Origin: a virus
DNA: 64,000 nt
IMG/VR virus record: IMGVR_UViG_3300049483_000112
Location: 3,464-67,463 of that record
Direction: 5' to 3' (one strand)
Below are positions 54,628-64,000 of the stretch, in pieces. The translations under genes were made by a program, and so were the position numbers. A model generated the notes under the pieces. The model saw only the letters and a list, made by a program, of their open reading frames with translations, was not told the origin of the DNA and ran no database searches. How positions within the stretch are numbered: the first letter of the stretch is position 1; each line of letters begins with the position of its first letter.

Positions 54628-55236
54628 ATGAGCCAATTCGAATTCGATAGCCCGACGCGCGTCACGATCAAGAACGTCAACGTGAGGTCTGAGATGCACG
54701 GCAGCGACCACGTGCCGGCGCTGGACATCTCGATGTCGTGCCGCCTCCCGAACGACGTGCTGAGCATGTTCAACGGCAACCTGAAGAGCATGTTCTATCA
54801 ACGCGCGGGCGGGAAGGCGCAGCCAGAGCTTGAGGGCGTCACACCGATCTCCGACATGCCGTCGCTGCGCTGCCCGCTGCTTGAGCCTGTGCGCCTCAAG
54901 TCGGAGTTCGCCGGCTATGCCCTGTCGATCTCGCACGGCATCGGGTCGGCCGGCATTGAACTGGCCGGATGTGAGGTGCGCAAGTTCAAGGTGGACTGCC
55001 TCGACGGCGGGACGGTCGAGCTATCGTTCCAAGTGCAGGCCTCTGGTGTGCAACCGTCCGTCATTGGCCTGGTCGGCGCTCTGCTCGGGCAAGAGGTAGA
55101 GGTGCTGCTCACGGCGCCGACTGCAGAGCAGCAGGCCGAGTTTGCAAAGGCGCCGGCTCCGGAGAAGAAGCGCAAGGGCAAGGCCCTGACTGCGACGGAC
55201 ATTTTCGCAGGCGCAACGGCCGCCACCGCGCAATGA
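54628..55236 (+). CDS. Hypothetical phage protein
   Basis: NVRSEMHG..VPALDI, DGGTVELSFQVQ; GAGG RBS. Confidence 0.7.
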   Translation: MSQFEFDSPTRVTIKNVNVRSEMHGSDHVPALDISMSCRLPNDVLSMFNGNLKSMFYQRAGGKAQPELEGVTPISDMPSLRCPLLEPVRLKSEFAGYALSISHGIGSAGIELAGCEVRKFKVDCLDGGTVELSFQVQASGVQPSVIGLVGALLGQEVEVLLTAPTAEQQAEFAKAPAPEKKRKGKALTATDIFAGATAATAQ

Positions 55237-55853
55237 GCCGGCTCGTTATTGCCGGCGCCGGAAACCTCGGGCGTGAGGTGGCGTCGTGGTGGCTCGCGGA
55301 AAATGCTGCGGACTTGCTTAGTACGGTGGCGTTTATCGATGACACACCGGGCATTCGGGGCGAGGTCGACGTTCCGGTCATCGGCGTCATCAGTCGGTCT
55401 GCTCTGCGCGATGATGATGCCGTGCTCGTCGCCATCGCTGATTGCATGGCCCGCTCGCGCGTTGCGGCCAGGGTGCTAGAGGCCGGTCGTCGCGCGGCGT
55501 ATTTTTCACGCGATTCGTCGATCTCGCGTCATGTCCGTTTCGGGTATGGCGCCATCGTGATGCCGGGCGCCAGGATTAGCGTGGCGGCTCGCATCGGCGA
55601 CGGGGTCGTGATCAACTGCAACTCAACAATCGGCCACGACGTTGTGATTGGCGACTGGGTGACCATCAGCAGTCAGGTCGACATCTGCGGCCGCGTCACG
55701 ATCGGCAACCGTGTGTTCATCGGCTCTGGCGCGCGCATCATGCCTGGCCTGATGATCGGAGAGGACGCCCACATCGGCGCAGGGTCTGTGGTGCTGAAGG
55801 ATGTTGCAGCCGGGGAGCATGTGTTCGGCGTGCCGGCGAGGAAAATCACATGA
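55233..55853 (+). CDS. Sugar acyl/acetyltransferase, NeuD/PglD-like hexapeptide family
   Basis: IAGAGNLGRE, FIDD, IGHDVVIGD, IGAGSVV, GVPAR. Confidence 0.9.
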   Translation: MSRLVIAGAGNLGREVASWWLAENAADLLSTVAFIDDTPGIRGEVDVPVIGVISRSALRDDDAVLVAIADCMARSRVAARVLEAGRRAAYFSRDSSISRHVRFGYGAIVMPGARISVAARIGDGVVINCNSTIGHDVVIGDWVTISSQVDICGRVTIGNRVFIGSGARIMPGLMIGEDAHIGAGSVVLKDVAAGEHVFGVPARKIT

Positions 55854-56719
55854 ATCAGTGGCAGCCGATCGCGCACGTCTCGGAGCTACGCAATCACGGC
55901 GACTATGTCTGCCTGCCGTGGGGTGGTGATCACGAGGTTGCGGTGACGAACTTCCACGGCGCAATCGTCGCATGGAACAACCGCTGCCCGCACCGCGGCG
56001 CTCGCATCTACACCGACATGTTCGGCAATGCCGAGCCCAAGTGCGCCTACCACGCGCGAGTCGCAAAAGTCGATCAGGTGAAGAGATGCGCAAGCACCAT
56101 CTTCAATGACTGGGTCTGGGTGTCTCATCAAGATGTGTGGTCCGACGCGCCGCGGATGTTGTTCGACGCTGGACGGTTCCCGTCGCTGAGCCTCTATCGG
56201 TCGGTGACGTTCATTCAGCAGGCGCATTGGACGGTGAGCGTCGAGAACGCGCTCGACTTCGAGCACGTCGGCGCGGTGCACGAAAGCTCACTGCACACAC
56301 TGGGCCTGAATTCTATGGTCCTAAACCTTTTCCCCAATGGCGGCTCGATGGAGCGCTTCAAGTCGAATGAGTCTCGCCGCTTGGCCGGGCTCGGCGCGAT
56401 GTTCGCGCACGACCTGCCCGACTGGGACTACGCGCATGTGCACTACTTCCCGTACACGTGCATGAGCAGCACCAAGGGTTTGACGGTGAGCCTGCAGCAA
56501 TATTTCCCGCGCGCCGACGGCACGACAACGTTTGTGCATCGGATGTACCAAGCGCAGACCAAGCAGGACGTGCGATCGTTCTTTGCGTCGGCCTGGGCCA
56601 TGAACCTGAAGATCTTCGACGAAGACCGGAAGGTCGTCGAGCTCGTCAGGCCTTGGCACAACGGCCCGCTTGAAGAGCACGAGGCCCGCATCAAGCACTT
56701 TCGCGAGCACCTTGCGTGA
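55850..56719 (+). CDS. Rieske non-heme iron oxygenase alpha-subunit-like
   Basis: NRCPHRG..CAYH Rieske ligands; ENALDFEHVGAVH and IFDEDR mononuclear Fe motifs. Confidence 0.85.
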   Translation: MNQWQPIAHVSELRNHGDYVCLPWGGDHEVAVTNFHGAIVAWNNRCPHRGARIYTDMFGNAEPKCAYHARVAKVDQVKRCASTIFNDWVWVSHQDVWSDAPRMLFDAGRFPSLSLYRSVTFIQQAHWTVSVENALDFEHVGAVHESSLHTLGLNSMVLNLFPNGGSMERFKSNESRRLAGLGAMFAHDLPDWDYAHVHYFPYTCMSSTKGLTVSLQQYFPRADGTTTFVHRMYQAQTKQDVRSFFASAWAMNLKIFDEDRKVVELVRPWHNGPLEEHEARIKHFREHLA

Positions 56720-56994
56720 CCGTCATTGGATTCGCCAGGGAGGTGCGCTGGCGCAAGAACACGATTCCGGCCGGTGCGGTGGTTGAGGCCGCGCATTCTC
56801 TGGCCGCCGAGTTCCGATCCGACTTCCCAGGTGTCGTGCTTGATCTTACGCCGCGTCCTGTGTTCACGATCTACGGCATCCACAGGCCGATCCGTTATGC
56901 GCTCTTTTGGGTTGATCGCTGCCCAGACTGCGTCGACAAGAAGTTCACGGCATGCCACACATGCAACGACACAAGGAGAGTGATTTGGACGTGA
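56716..56994 (+). CDS. Small protein with CxxC..CxxC
   Basis: CPDC..CHTC; GTGA-coupled at both ends. Confidence 0.55.
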   Translation: MTVIGFAREVRWRKNTIPAGAVVEAAHSLAAEFRSDFPGVVLDLTPRPVFTIYGIHRPIRYALFWVDRCPDCVDKKFTACHTCNDTRRVIWT

Positions 56995-58025
56995 TCAAGT
57001 TGATGATCCCAGACATGCCGAGCACGAATGAATTGATCCCCTACCTGCGGCGGATCGATCAGACGAGGCAGTACAGCAACAACGGACCTTTGGTACGACA
57101 ACTCGAAGCAGAGTTGTCGGAGCGCCTCGACGGCGCCGGTGTGCTGGCCGTTTCCAACGGGACCGTGGCCATCGAGTTGATCCTGCGAGCGCTTGACATG
57201 CCGCGTGCGCGGGTCGTTGTCCCGTCTGTGACGTTTGTGGCCACAGGTCAAGCGGTATGGAATGCCGGCATGAGGGCGATACTGACCGACGTTGATCGCG
57301 AGTCGTGGCAGATGGATCGCTGGCCGACAGTCGATTGCGACATCTGCTTGCCCGTTGCTGCATTCGGGGTGCCGGTTCCAACCTCATCATTCGCCGCCGC
57401 CGCAACCGAGTCGCAGCCGGTCGTGATAGATGCCGCCGGCGCGCTGACATGCCAAGAGATCCCCAACAGCGAGCACGTGCACCTTGCCTACTCTCTGCAC
57501 GCGACGAAGTTCGTCGGCTGCGGCGAGGGCGGCCTGGTCGTGAGCCGCAACGCAGACTTGCTCTCACGGGTCGAAGAGCTCCGCGCTTTCGGTCGCCACG
57601 GTACGAACGCGAAGATGAGCGAGTACCACGCGGCTGTTGCGCTGGCAGCGCTCGGCAGGATCGTCGGGAAGCGCCACCTGACCGTGGCGCTCGCGACAGA
57701 ATACCTGCGCATCTTGCCGGCCGAGGTTGAGGTTCAGACCGGCGTCATGGGTGATCGGACGATGTTCAATGTGCTGCTTCCTCCTCACCAAAGCGCCGCA
57801 CACGTGATCGATGCGATGGGGCTGCGCGGGGTCGAATGCAGGCAGTGGTACGCACCCTTTCTGCATGAGCGCGTCGAGTTTGCCGGCGCGGCTGCTGGCC
57901 GCGACTTCACGGTGTCAGAGATGATCGCGGCCAGAATGATCAGCCTTCCGTTTCACACCCGCATGACGCTATCCGACGTGAACAGGGTGTGCATAGCTTT
58001 GTTCGAGGTGCTCGGTGGCAAGTGA
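56991..58025 (+). CDS. DegT/VioA-family PLP sugar aminotransferase
   Basis: SNNGPLV, VSNGT, TFVAT, IDAA, SLHATK..GEGG, NAKMSE. Confidence 0.92.
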   Translation: MIKLMIPDMPSTNELIPYLRRIDQTRQYSNNGPLVRQLEAELSERLDGAGVLAVSNGTVAIELILRALDMPRARVVVPSVTFVATGQAVWNAGMRAILTDVDRESWQMDRWPTVDCDICLPVAAFGVPVPTSSFAAAATESQPVVIDAAGALTCQEIPNSEHVHLAYSLHATKFVGCGEGGLVVSRNADLLSRVEELRAFGRHGTNAKMSEYHAAVALAALGRIVGKRHLTVALATEYLRILPAEVEVQTGVMGDRTMFNVLLPPHQSAAHVIDAMGLRGVECRQWYAPFLHERVEFAGAAAGRDFTVSEMIAARMISLPFHTRMTLSDVNRVCIALFEVLGGK

Positions 58026-59883
58026 CAAGCTCCCGGCTGTTGTCGAGCCGGTCATCACGCAGATTGCGAACGTCAAGCTCGAGGACTGGGAGCGCGTCTG
58101 CTACCGGCGCGAGTACGAGCCCGCAGGGCAGGCCATGCTGACAAGCTTGCGCCGGCTGAAGGTCGGTGCCGAGTTCATTGGCTACGCTCCGAACACCGAC
58201 ATCAAGCCGATCCTCTACACGCGCTTCTGCGCGGCAGTCACTGCACTGCTGCTGGATCCCGGCTTTCAGATCAGCCAGGACGGGTTCGACCATTTGGCAT
58301 CCGAGCACGCGATCATGGACTTGCTGTGGCGCGCAAGCGCGTTTCGCAACAGCGACTTCATGCTGGCTCAAGTGTCAAGCCAGACCGACCCAGAGAATCC
58401 GGCCTCGATCACGATCCTCGACGGCCCAGGCCTGGCCAAGTTCCTGCTGACCTACTCGCTTCGTAGCGGCTTCATGCTCAATTTCGAGCAGACATTCCGA
58501 AAGTCGCCGCAATCAACATTTTCGCTCTGGGCCGGAATGATCAGTCCGCTGCTGACTGTTGCCAAGCAGGCGCATGAGCGTCGCGAGTTGCTGCTCGGGA
58601 TGCACGAGATCTTCGCCGACGTGACGCTAACAGACGCCATTCTGCCGACGCTGAGCGATGCCTACATGTACACGAGCTACGGCTCGAGGCGCGACAAGCA
58701 CGCCGCGAAGCGCACGGTGCACCTTCTGATGGCGTCCATGCTCGCAAAGCGTGGCGTCGTCATCCCGCCGTTGTCAGCCGAGGTGTTGCGCGTCGTTGAG
58801 CGACCGACGATCGTGCTCTGCCTTGAGTGGTGGACATCGTTGCATGCGATGTACCGGTGCTACGCGCCGATCGTCCAACAACTGCGATCGAAGTTCAGGC
58901 TCGTGGCGTTTTCGCAGGCGGCCGCAATCGACGAGGTCGGGAAGCAGTCCTTCGACGAGTGGCACGAGGTTCCGGCCGACAAGCTCGTCTTCGGCGACCT
59001 GATGAACCGCATCGCCGCGATCAAGCCAGACATCATCTACTACCCGTCGCTCGGAATGGCGATGTGGTGGGTGATGATGGCTTCGATCCGCCTGGCGCCG
59101 ATTCAGATGATGACTCTCGGGCACCCGGCCAGCAGCCACTCGCCCGTGATGGACTACCTCTTGTGCGACGAGGGCGCCATCGGCGACCACTCGCTCGTCA
59201 CAGAGAAGGTGGTCGAGTACCCGAACGGCTCGGCACGCTTCATCGCGCGCCCGGATGCGCAGTGGCCACAGCCGCTGGTCGATGATGCTCCGAACACGGT
59301 GCACATTGCCATCCCTGCGATGCTCTGCAAGATCTCTGCGCCTTTTGTAGAGACGCTGCAGCGGATTGCGTCCGCGGCAAAAACGCCAGTGGTCTTTCAC
59401 TTCTTCGTCAATATGCTCGGCGTGAATCTGTACGTCGCGGCAAGGGAGCTTCGCGAGTACCTGCCGACGGCGCTCATCTATCAACGAGACGCCTACAGCA
59501 GTTACCTAGCGAACCTGGCGAAGTGCCACGCGCACTTTTCACCGTGGCCGTTCGGCGGCACCAACAGCAACATCGATTCAATGCAACTTGGCCTGCCGAT
59601 CTTGACGCTACTTGGCGACGAGCCACACGAGCGATTCGACGCCTTGATGGTGCGGCGTGCGCAGTTGCCCGAGTGGCTTGTCACCCATAGCGTGGATGAG
59701 TATGTGGCCGCAGGCGTGCGTCTGATAGACAATCACGCCGAGCGCAACCAGATACGCGACCACTTGCGCTCCTTCGATCTCGTCGGTGAGTTTTTCGGCG
59801 AACACCCGGAGCATCGAACAGCATTCGTCGATACGGTGTGGCGCGTGTACCTTGAGCACCCCAGGGCAGAGAATGAAATTTGA
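58015..59883 (+). CDS. HMW1C/NGT-type (GT41) cytoplasmic protein N-glycosyltransferase
   Basis: 622 aa; YMYTSY..KHAAKR, LEWWTSLHAMYR, YYPSLGM, RLAPIQ..LGHPASSHS, PWPFGGTNSNID match HMW1C/ApNGT motifs. Confidence 0.88.
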   Translation: MASDKLPAVVEPVITQIANVKLEDWERVCYRREYEPAGQAMLTSLRRLKVGAEFIGYAPNTDIKPILYTRFCAAVTALLLDPGFQISQDGFDHLASEHAIMDLLWRASAFRNSDFMLAQVSSQTDPENPASITILDGPGLAKFLLTYSLRSGFMLNFEQTFRKSPQSTFSLWAGMISPLLTVAKQAHERRELLLGMHEIFADVTLTDAILPTLSDAYMYTSYGSRRDKHAAKRTVHLLMASMLAKRGVVIPPLSAEVLRVVERPTIVLCLEWWTSLHAMYRCYAPIVQQLRSKFRLVAFSQAAAIDEVGKQSFDEWHEVPADKLVFGDLMNRIAAIKPDIIYYPSLGMAMWWVMMASIRLAPIQMMTLGHPASSHSPVMDYLLCDEGAIGDHSLVTEKVVEYPNGSARFIARPDAQWPQPLVDDAPNTVHIAIPAMLCKISAPFVETLQRIASAAKTPVVFHFFVNMLGVNLYVAARELREYLPTALIYQRDAYSSYLANLAKCHAHFSPWPFGGTNSNIDSMQLGLPILTLLGDEPHERFDALMVRRAQLPEWLVTHSVDEYVAAGVRLIDNHAERNQIRDHLRSFDLVGEFFGEHPEHRTAFVDTVWRVYLEHPRAENEI

Positions 59884-60364
59884 AATTCAGATGCTTCAGC
59901 AGAAGATGCTGAACTGGCCGGTGGAGAGGCCGCCGATAGCGGGCCGCGACTTGGCGCCGGAACGCAAGGCGATCAGGCTGGCCACCGATCACATGATCCA
60001 CGATGCGCTACTGCGCAACGACTTGCCGGCCACCGTCGAGGCGGTGTGCAAGGTGATGATCGAGGCGGCCGATGTCTGCATCCAATGCGGCGATCCAGAA
60101 GTCGACGACTTCGTCACCGCATCACGTGAGTTGACGGTGTTTGCGCGCGACGTTGTTGACCGCGGCCTGCGCATGAAAGATATGGCCGACGTGAAGGCTG
60201 GCGTCGTCATGCTGGAGATCGTGTTGCGCGGTTTCGGGGTGCTTATCTCGATGCCGTACCTTGAGTGCTACACCGCAGCGCTCAACAATGAACCGATCGA
60301 GCCAATTCTTCGGGCAGCGGGCGTGATGAGGAGTGACGATGCCAACGAACCAAAAACTGCTTGA
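59873..60364 (+). CDS. All-alpha protein, possibly a degenerate MazG-like NTP-PPase
   Basis: Two helical DLxxVxxx segments; catalytic acidic residues not evident. Confidence 0.35.
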   Translation: MKFEIQMLQQKMLNWPVERPPIAGRDLAPERKAIRLATDHMIHDALLRNDLPATVEAVCKVMIEAADVCIQCGDPEVDDFVTASRELTVFARDVVDRGLRMKDMADVKAGVVMLEIVLRGFGVLISMPYLECYTAALNNEPIEPILRAAGVMRSDDANEPKTA

Positions 60365-60560
60365 GTCGCTTGCCGAGATCTTGGAGCGGCCGACGCTGTC
60401 GCCCGACACAATCTTGGAATCCTGCGACAAGTGGGACTCCGTCGCGGTGGTAATGACGGTCGCTGCGCTCGATGACCTATGCGGCGTGCGCGTCTCTGGC
60501 GAGCGGCTGACCGAGTGCATCACCGTCGCCGACATCCTTGCGATCGCTGAGCCGCAATGA
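60333..60560 (+). CDS. Acyl carrier protein
   Basis: Acidic, 75 aa, WDSVA phosphopantetheine site, TVADIL. Confidence 0.88.
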   Translation: MTMPTNQKLLESLAEILERPTLSPDTILESCDKWDSVAVVMTVAALDDLCGVRVSGERLTECITVADILAIAEPQ

Positions 60561-61576
60561 TCACGCCAAGCGGGAACTGGAAAGGGGCGGCCGGCGGGCG
60601 CATTGCGGGCGTCGTCGCTTCCGTCCCGTCAACCGTCTGGACGAATGCCGACCTTCCGCCTGGTGCTGACGAGGCAGCGCGCGTCACCGGTGTGCGCGAG
60701 CGCCGGCGCGTCGTGCAGGGGCAATCCGCAGAATCACTGTGCATCGACGCTGCGCAACGGCTGCTCACCAGTCTGCGCTGGGCCCCAGAGTCGATCGATC
60801 AGATGATTCTGATCACCGAGACACCGTCGCAGCGTATCCCCGCGCCAGCCTATAACGTCCATCGCGAGCTCGGCCTGGCTCGGCATTGCACGCTGATGGA
60901 GATCAACTACTCGTGCGTGGGCTACGTGGTCGGCCTGTGGAATGCGATGCAGATGCTCGAGGGGCGGACCAGGGGGAGGTCGCTACTCCTCGTTGGGGAC
61001 ACCTTCAGCAAAGCGCTGGACCCGCAGGATCGCGCGACTGGCCCGCTCTTTGGCGACGCCGGATCCGCAACCGCGATCGAGGTGTCGCTCTGCAGCCAGG
61101 TGTTCGTGCTTGGCATCAGCGGGACGAACAATCACAAGTTGTCGCAGGCCAATGGCGAGTTCTTGAAGATGGACGGCGCGGCCGTCTTCAACTTCACCCT
61201 CGACGAGGTTCCTCCGCTTGTCGCAGAGACGCTGCAGATCGGCCGCCCGGACTACATCCTGTTTCACCAAGCCAACCGCTTCATGCTCGACCACCTGATC
61301 ACCAAATGCAAACTGCGCGACCAGCCTGGCGGGTACGCTGCGGAGCAGATCCCGATCAACGTCGAGAAGTGGGGCAACACCTCCTGCGCATCGATCCCCC
61401 TGCTGCTGGCCGACAAGATCGGAGCGCGCGCTGCTGACAAGCGCGTTGCTGCCTTCGGCTTTGGCGCAGGATGGGCCTGGGGCGGCGCGATGCTCAACCT
61501 TGAAGGGATGCAGGTCTGCGAGCTCATCGAAAGCTTGCCGCCGCAATCAGCATCACTCGTTAACGGGGCGCTATGA
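60557..61576 (+). CDS. FabH-like ketoacyl-ACP synthase III
   Basis: TGVRERR, YSCVGY (Cys), LFGDAGSA, FHQAN (His), GNTS (Asn), FGAG. Confidence 0.92.
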   Translation: MITPSGNWKGAAGGRIAGVVASVPSTVWTNADLPPGADEAARVTGVRERRRVVQGQSAESLCIDAAQRLLTSLRWAPESIDQMILITETPSQRIPAPAYNVHRELGLARHCTLMEINYSCVGYVVGLWNAMQMLEGRTRGRSLLLVGDTFSKALDPQDRATGPLFGDAGSATAIEVSLCSQVFVLGISGTNNHKLSQANGEFLKMDGAAVFNFTLDEVPPLVAETLQIGRPDYILFHQANRFMLDHLITKCKLRDQPGGYAAEQIPINVEKWGNTSCASIPLLLADKIGARAADKRVAAFGFGAGWAWGGAMLNLEGMQVCELIESLPPQSASLVNGAL

Positions 61577-62313
61577 CGAACAAGGATTTGCTGGGGCGGC
61601 GCTACGCTGTCACCGGCGCAAGCTCTGGGCTCGGCTTGCATGTGGCCAAGGCGCTGTCGGAGCGTGGCGCTTCGCTCGTCGTCTTTGGGCGATCTGCCGA
61701 GCGGCTGGCCGCCGCTGAATTCACCGACGCCTTGATGGTGACAATGCCAGACCAGTCCACACCAAGTCAGTGGCGCGCAGCGCTCATCACGTCCACGGCA
61801 TCGGGGCGGATCGACGGGCTCATCCATTGCGCGGGCGGGGTCGTAATAGCGCCGATGCGCCTGACGCCAGATCGGCTGTACGAGGAGGCGATGGCGACCG
61901 TCGATATCGCCCTGGGCGTGATGGGCGCGGCAGCCAGCGCCGGCGTGCTTGCCGACGGTGGCAGCGTCGTTCTGATGTCCAGTGTCGCCGCACATCGCGG
62001 CGCGCCGGCCATGTCTGCCTATGCCGGCGGGAAGATGGCTGTTGAGGCCATAGCGCGCGTCGCAGCCATTGAGCTAGCCCCACGCCGCATCCGCGTGAAT
62101 TGCGTCGCTGCAGGCGCTTTTGAGAGCCCCATGCACGATCGGGTGACCGGGCCTATGACCCAAGCCATGCGCGACGAATATGCCTCGAGCCATCCGCTTG
62201 GCGTCGGCAAGATCGAAGACGTGGCCGCCGCCGTCCTGTTCCTGCTTTCTGACCAGGCGCGGTGGATCACCGGCACGACGATGGTTGTAGACGGCGGCTA
62301 CCTGGCGCGCTGA
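61573..62313 (+). CDS. FabG-like SDR oxidoreductase
   Basis: TGASSGLG, SS..YAGGK, IRVNCV, ITG..VDGG. Confidence 0.92.
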   Translation: MTNKDLLGRRYAVTGASSGLGLHVAKALSERGASLVVFGRSAERLAAAEFTDALMVTMPDQSTPSQWRAALITSTASGRIDGLIHCAGGVVIAPMRLTPDRLYEEAMATVDIALGVMGAAASAGVLADGGSVVLMSSVAAHRGAPAMSAYAGGKMAVEAIARVAAIELAPRRIRVNCVAAGAFESPMHDRVTGPMTQAMRDEYASSHPLGVGKIEDVAAAVLFLLSDQARWITGTTMVVDGGYLAR

Positions 62314-62774
62314 TGGTCATCTCGCTCTCGCCATCTGACATGCTGTTGGCAGCCATGGCTGGCTGTATGCGCAACATCGAGAACCTGTCAGCGGGGCGAA
62401 AGGACGCCTACTCGGCCGCAGGAAAGAGCGGGCTGGGCGACTTTCAGATGCACATCCTGGGTTGCATGGGGGAACTGGTCGTTTCGCGCTTCCTTGGCCT
62501 GCCATGGCACGGCAAAGGGGTTTTCCGCGGCCCCGACGTTGGCAGCAACATCGGTGTTCGCACGACCGAGCGCGACGGCGACAGCGTGCTTCTTGCGCTG
62601 CACGATGCCGACCCTGATGAGTTCCTGTTCTACTGCGTGCGACGCTTCAAGCGGTCCAATCGGTTCGAGGTGTTCGAGCCAATTCTTGGGGCGGCCGGCA
62701 AGCGGGCGGAGTTCTGGCGCTCAGACATGCCAGTCCCGGCGTATTTCGTTCCGGTGCGACCGATCACGCAATGA
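62313..62774 (+). CDS. Hypothetical, PD-(D/E)xK-like
   Basis: GCMGELVVSRFLG..GPDVG..IGVRT. Confidence 0.5.
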   Translation: MVISLSPSDMLLAAMAGCMRNIENLSAGRKDAYSAAGKSGLGDFQMHILGCMGELVVSRFLGLPWHGKGVFRGPDVGSNIGVRTTERDGDSVLLALHDADPDEFLFYCVRRFKRSNRFEVFEPILGAAGKRAEFWRSDMPVPAYFVPVRPITQ

Positions 62775-62995
62775 CAACCGGCCCGAACAAGCACGAGCGC
62801 GAGCGCCTTGAAGCGGCAGGCTATCTAAAGCCAGAGGCCCGCGACGGGTGCTGCAAGTGCGCGCACAGCAAGATCATCACCTACGAAAGCATCTACCACA
62901 TGCGCTGCCAGTTGCTGCGTGCGCCGGTGCGCAAGGTCGGCATCTGCATGAGCTTTGAGCGGGCCAGGCCCGCGGCTGAGCCCGACCCCTGCTAA
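62771..62995 (+). CDS. Small Cys-rich protein
   Basis: CCKCAHS..C..C; ATGA-coupled. Confidence 0.55.
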   Translation: MTTGPNKHERERLEAAGYLKPEARDGCCKCAHSKIITYESIYHMRCQLLRAPVRKVGICMSFERARPAAEPDPC

Positions 62996-63016
62996 CCTGT
63001 GCCTCGTGGCCGCCGC

Positions 63017-64000
63017 CTACTGCAGCAGCGCTCCGACTTGCTGCGCCGTGTACCCGGCGTCCTTGATGATGTAGAACCGGCCATAGAACATCTCGCGCTC
63101 GGGCCGCGAGTTGTCACCGTAACCCCCGCCCCACGAGTAGTTGTAGAAGGCCATTTTGACGTAGTCGCCGCCATCGGACGGCGTGTTTGCGCCGTTGGCA
63201 TTCACCGTCTGCGTTCCATTGACCCATGCTCTGATGTACCCGTCCGAGCCGGTCGACAGGCGGAACTGCACCATCATCTTGACCCACTGATCCGGCAGCG
63301 GCGTCGGTGTCAGCGCGAAGGCCGCATAGTTCGTGTTCCGGTTGATCTCAAGCACGCCCTTGTCCATCCCTACACCGAAGTTGCCTGAGATCCCTCCGGC
63401 GCCGGTGTGGATGTTCATCAGCGTCGAGTAGTCGTTGGCGAAGTAGGTGTTCGATGGGAGGTACATCTCCCACGCTACCCAGTAGTCAACCCCCTTGGAC
63501 AGGTTCTGGCCTGGCGGCATGACATCAACACGGTGCACATTGCCGGCGGTGTACGGGTCGCTGGACTTCATCGCGTGGCGAAACACCTTCCTGCCCGAGC
63601 CCTTGGGGTCGCTCACCTTGCCGAATCGCATCGCCGATCCAAGCACGGCGCCGTTTCCTGGGCAGGTGAATCCGGTCGCCTCATCGAGCGACGACAGCGA
63701 CGGGTAGGTTTCGCAGGCCTGCAGGTTGCCGCCCATCTGCGCAAAGGCAATCGACGGATCCACGCTACCTTGCACTGCGACTGTCCCGCTCGGCGGCGGC
63801 GGCGCGGTGGCGCACAACGGCGCCGACAGACTGACAACCCCGTTTGTACACGTCGCCGTGGCCGTGCCAGTAGTCGGTGCTGTGGTGTCTGCTAGCGCCG
63901 ATGTCGTCCCACTGGCGCCGCCGGCATAGGGGGCGGTGCACGATGCCGCGCCTTGCGTCCACGTGAGCGCCTGGGCAGCGCACGCTGCTGGGGTGGGGGG
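63017..64000 (-). CDS. Partial protein (5' end outside window) with Cys/Thr-rich module and C-terminal polysaccharide-lyase/ConA-like domain
   Basis: Frame is open to base 64000; C-terminal domain is paralogous to that of 29572..31881. Confidence 0.7.
   Translation of the reverse strand, partial: PPTPAACAAQALTWTQGAASCTAPYAGGASGTTSALADTTAPTTGTATATCTNGVVSLSAPLCATAPPPPSGTVAVQGSVDPSIAFAQMGGNLQACETYPSLSSLDEATGFTCPGNGAVLGSAMRFGKVSDPKGSGRKVFRHAMKSSDPYTAGNVHRVDVMPPGQNLSKGVDYWVAWEMYLPSNTYFANDYSTLMNIHTGAGGISGNFGVGMDKGVLEINRNTNYAAFALTPTPLPDQWVKMMVQFRLSTGSDGYIRAWVNGTQTVNANGANTPSDGGDYVKMAFYNYSWGGGYGDNSRPEREMFYGRFYIIKDAGYTAQQVGALLQ

Noticed and set aside
55850-56719. Aromatic catabolism auxiliary gene
   Set aside because: No beta subunit, ferredoxin or reductase; context points to sugar or acyl tailoring.
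1-64000. tRNA, rRNA, integrase/att sites, and self-targets of the GGC-NN blocks
   Set aside because: None recognised by eye; tRNAscan-SE and a gapped regex search are needed to exclude them.

Overview
The window is almost a whole GC-rich tailed phage genome (siphovirus-like, lambdoid/GTA-type tail tip). No host genes, integrase, tRNA or canonical CRISPR array were seen. Minus strand, ~45.4 kb down to 1: Cro-like HTH, replication initiator, primase-helicase, RuvC, terminase, portal, a fibre/decoration module, MuF, a 1537-aa multi-effector protein, protease, capsid, tail genes and the start of a lysis cassette. Plus strand, 45.5-63 kb: early genes, Bet/Exo recombination, HNH nucleases and a sugar-modification/glycosylation operon. 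Four things stand out. (1) A solitary Cas7/RAMP-like gene and a small partner lie between two arrays of GGC-NN pentamers punctuated by GGCA tetramers, a candidate RNA-guided system with a non-contiguous guide code. (2) An intein in MuF carries a complete HTH plus DUF559/Vsr-like endonuclease gene on its antisense strand. (3) The 1537-aa protein has ART, GNAT, glycosylase-like and zeta-kinase modules, each preceded by a K-(Y/F)-x3-Q-x-R-D-x2-G-(R/M)-W tag. (4) An HMW1C-type N-glycosyltransferase sits in an amino-sugar acylation operon, probably for virion glycosylation. All family assignments come from motif recognition by eye; no database searches were run.
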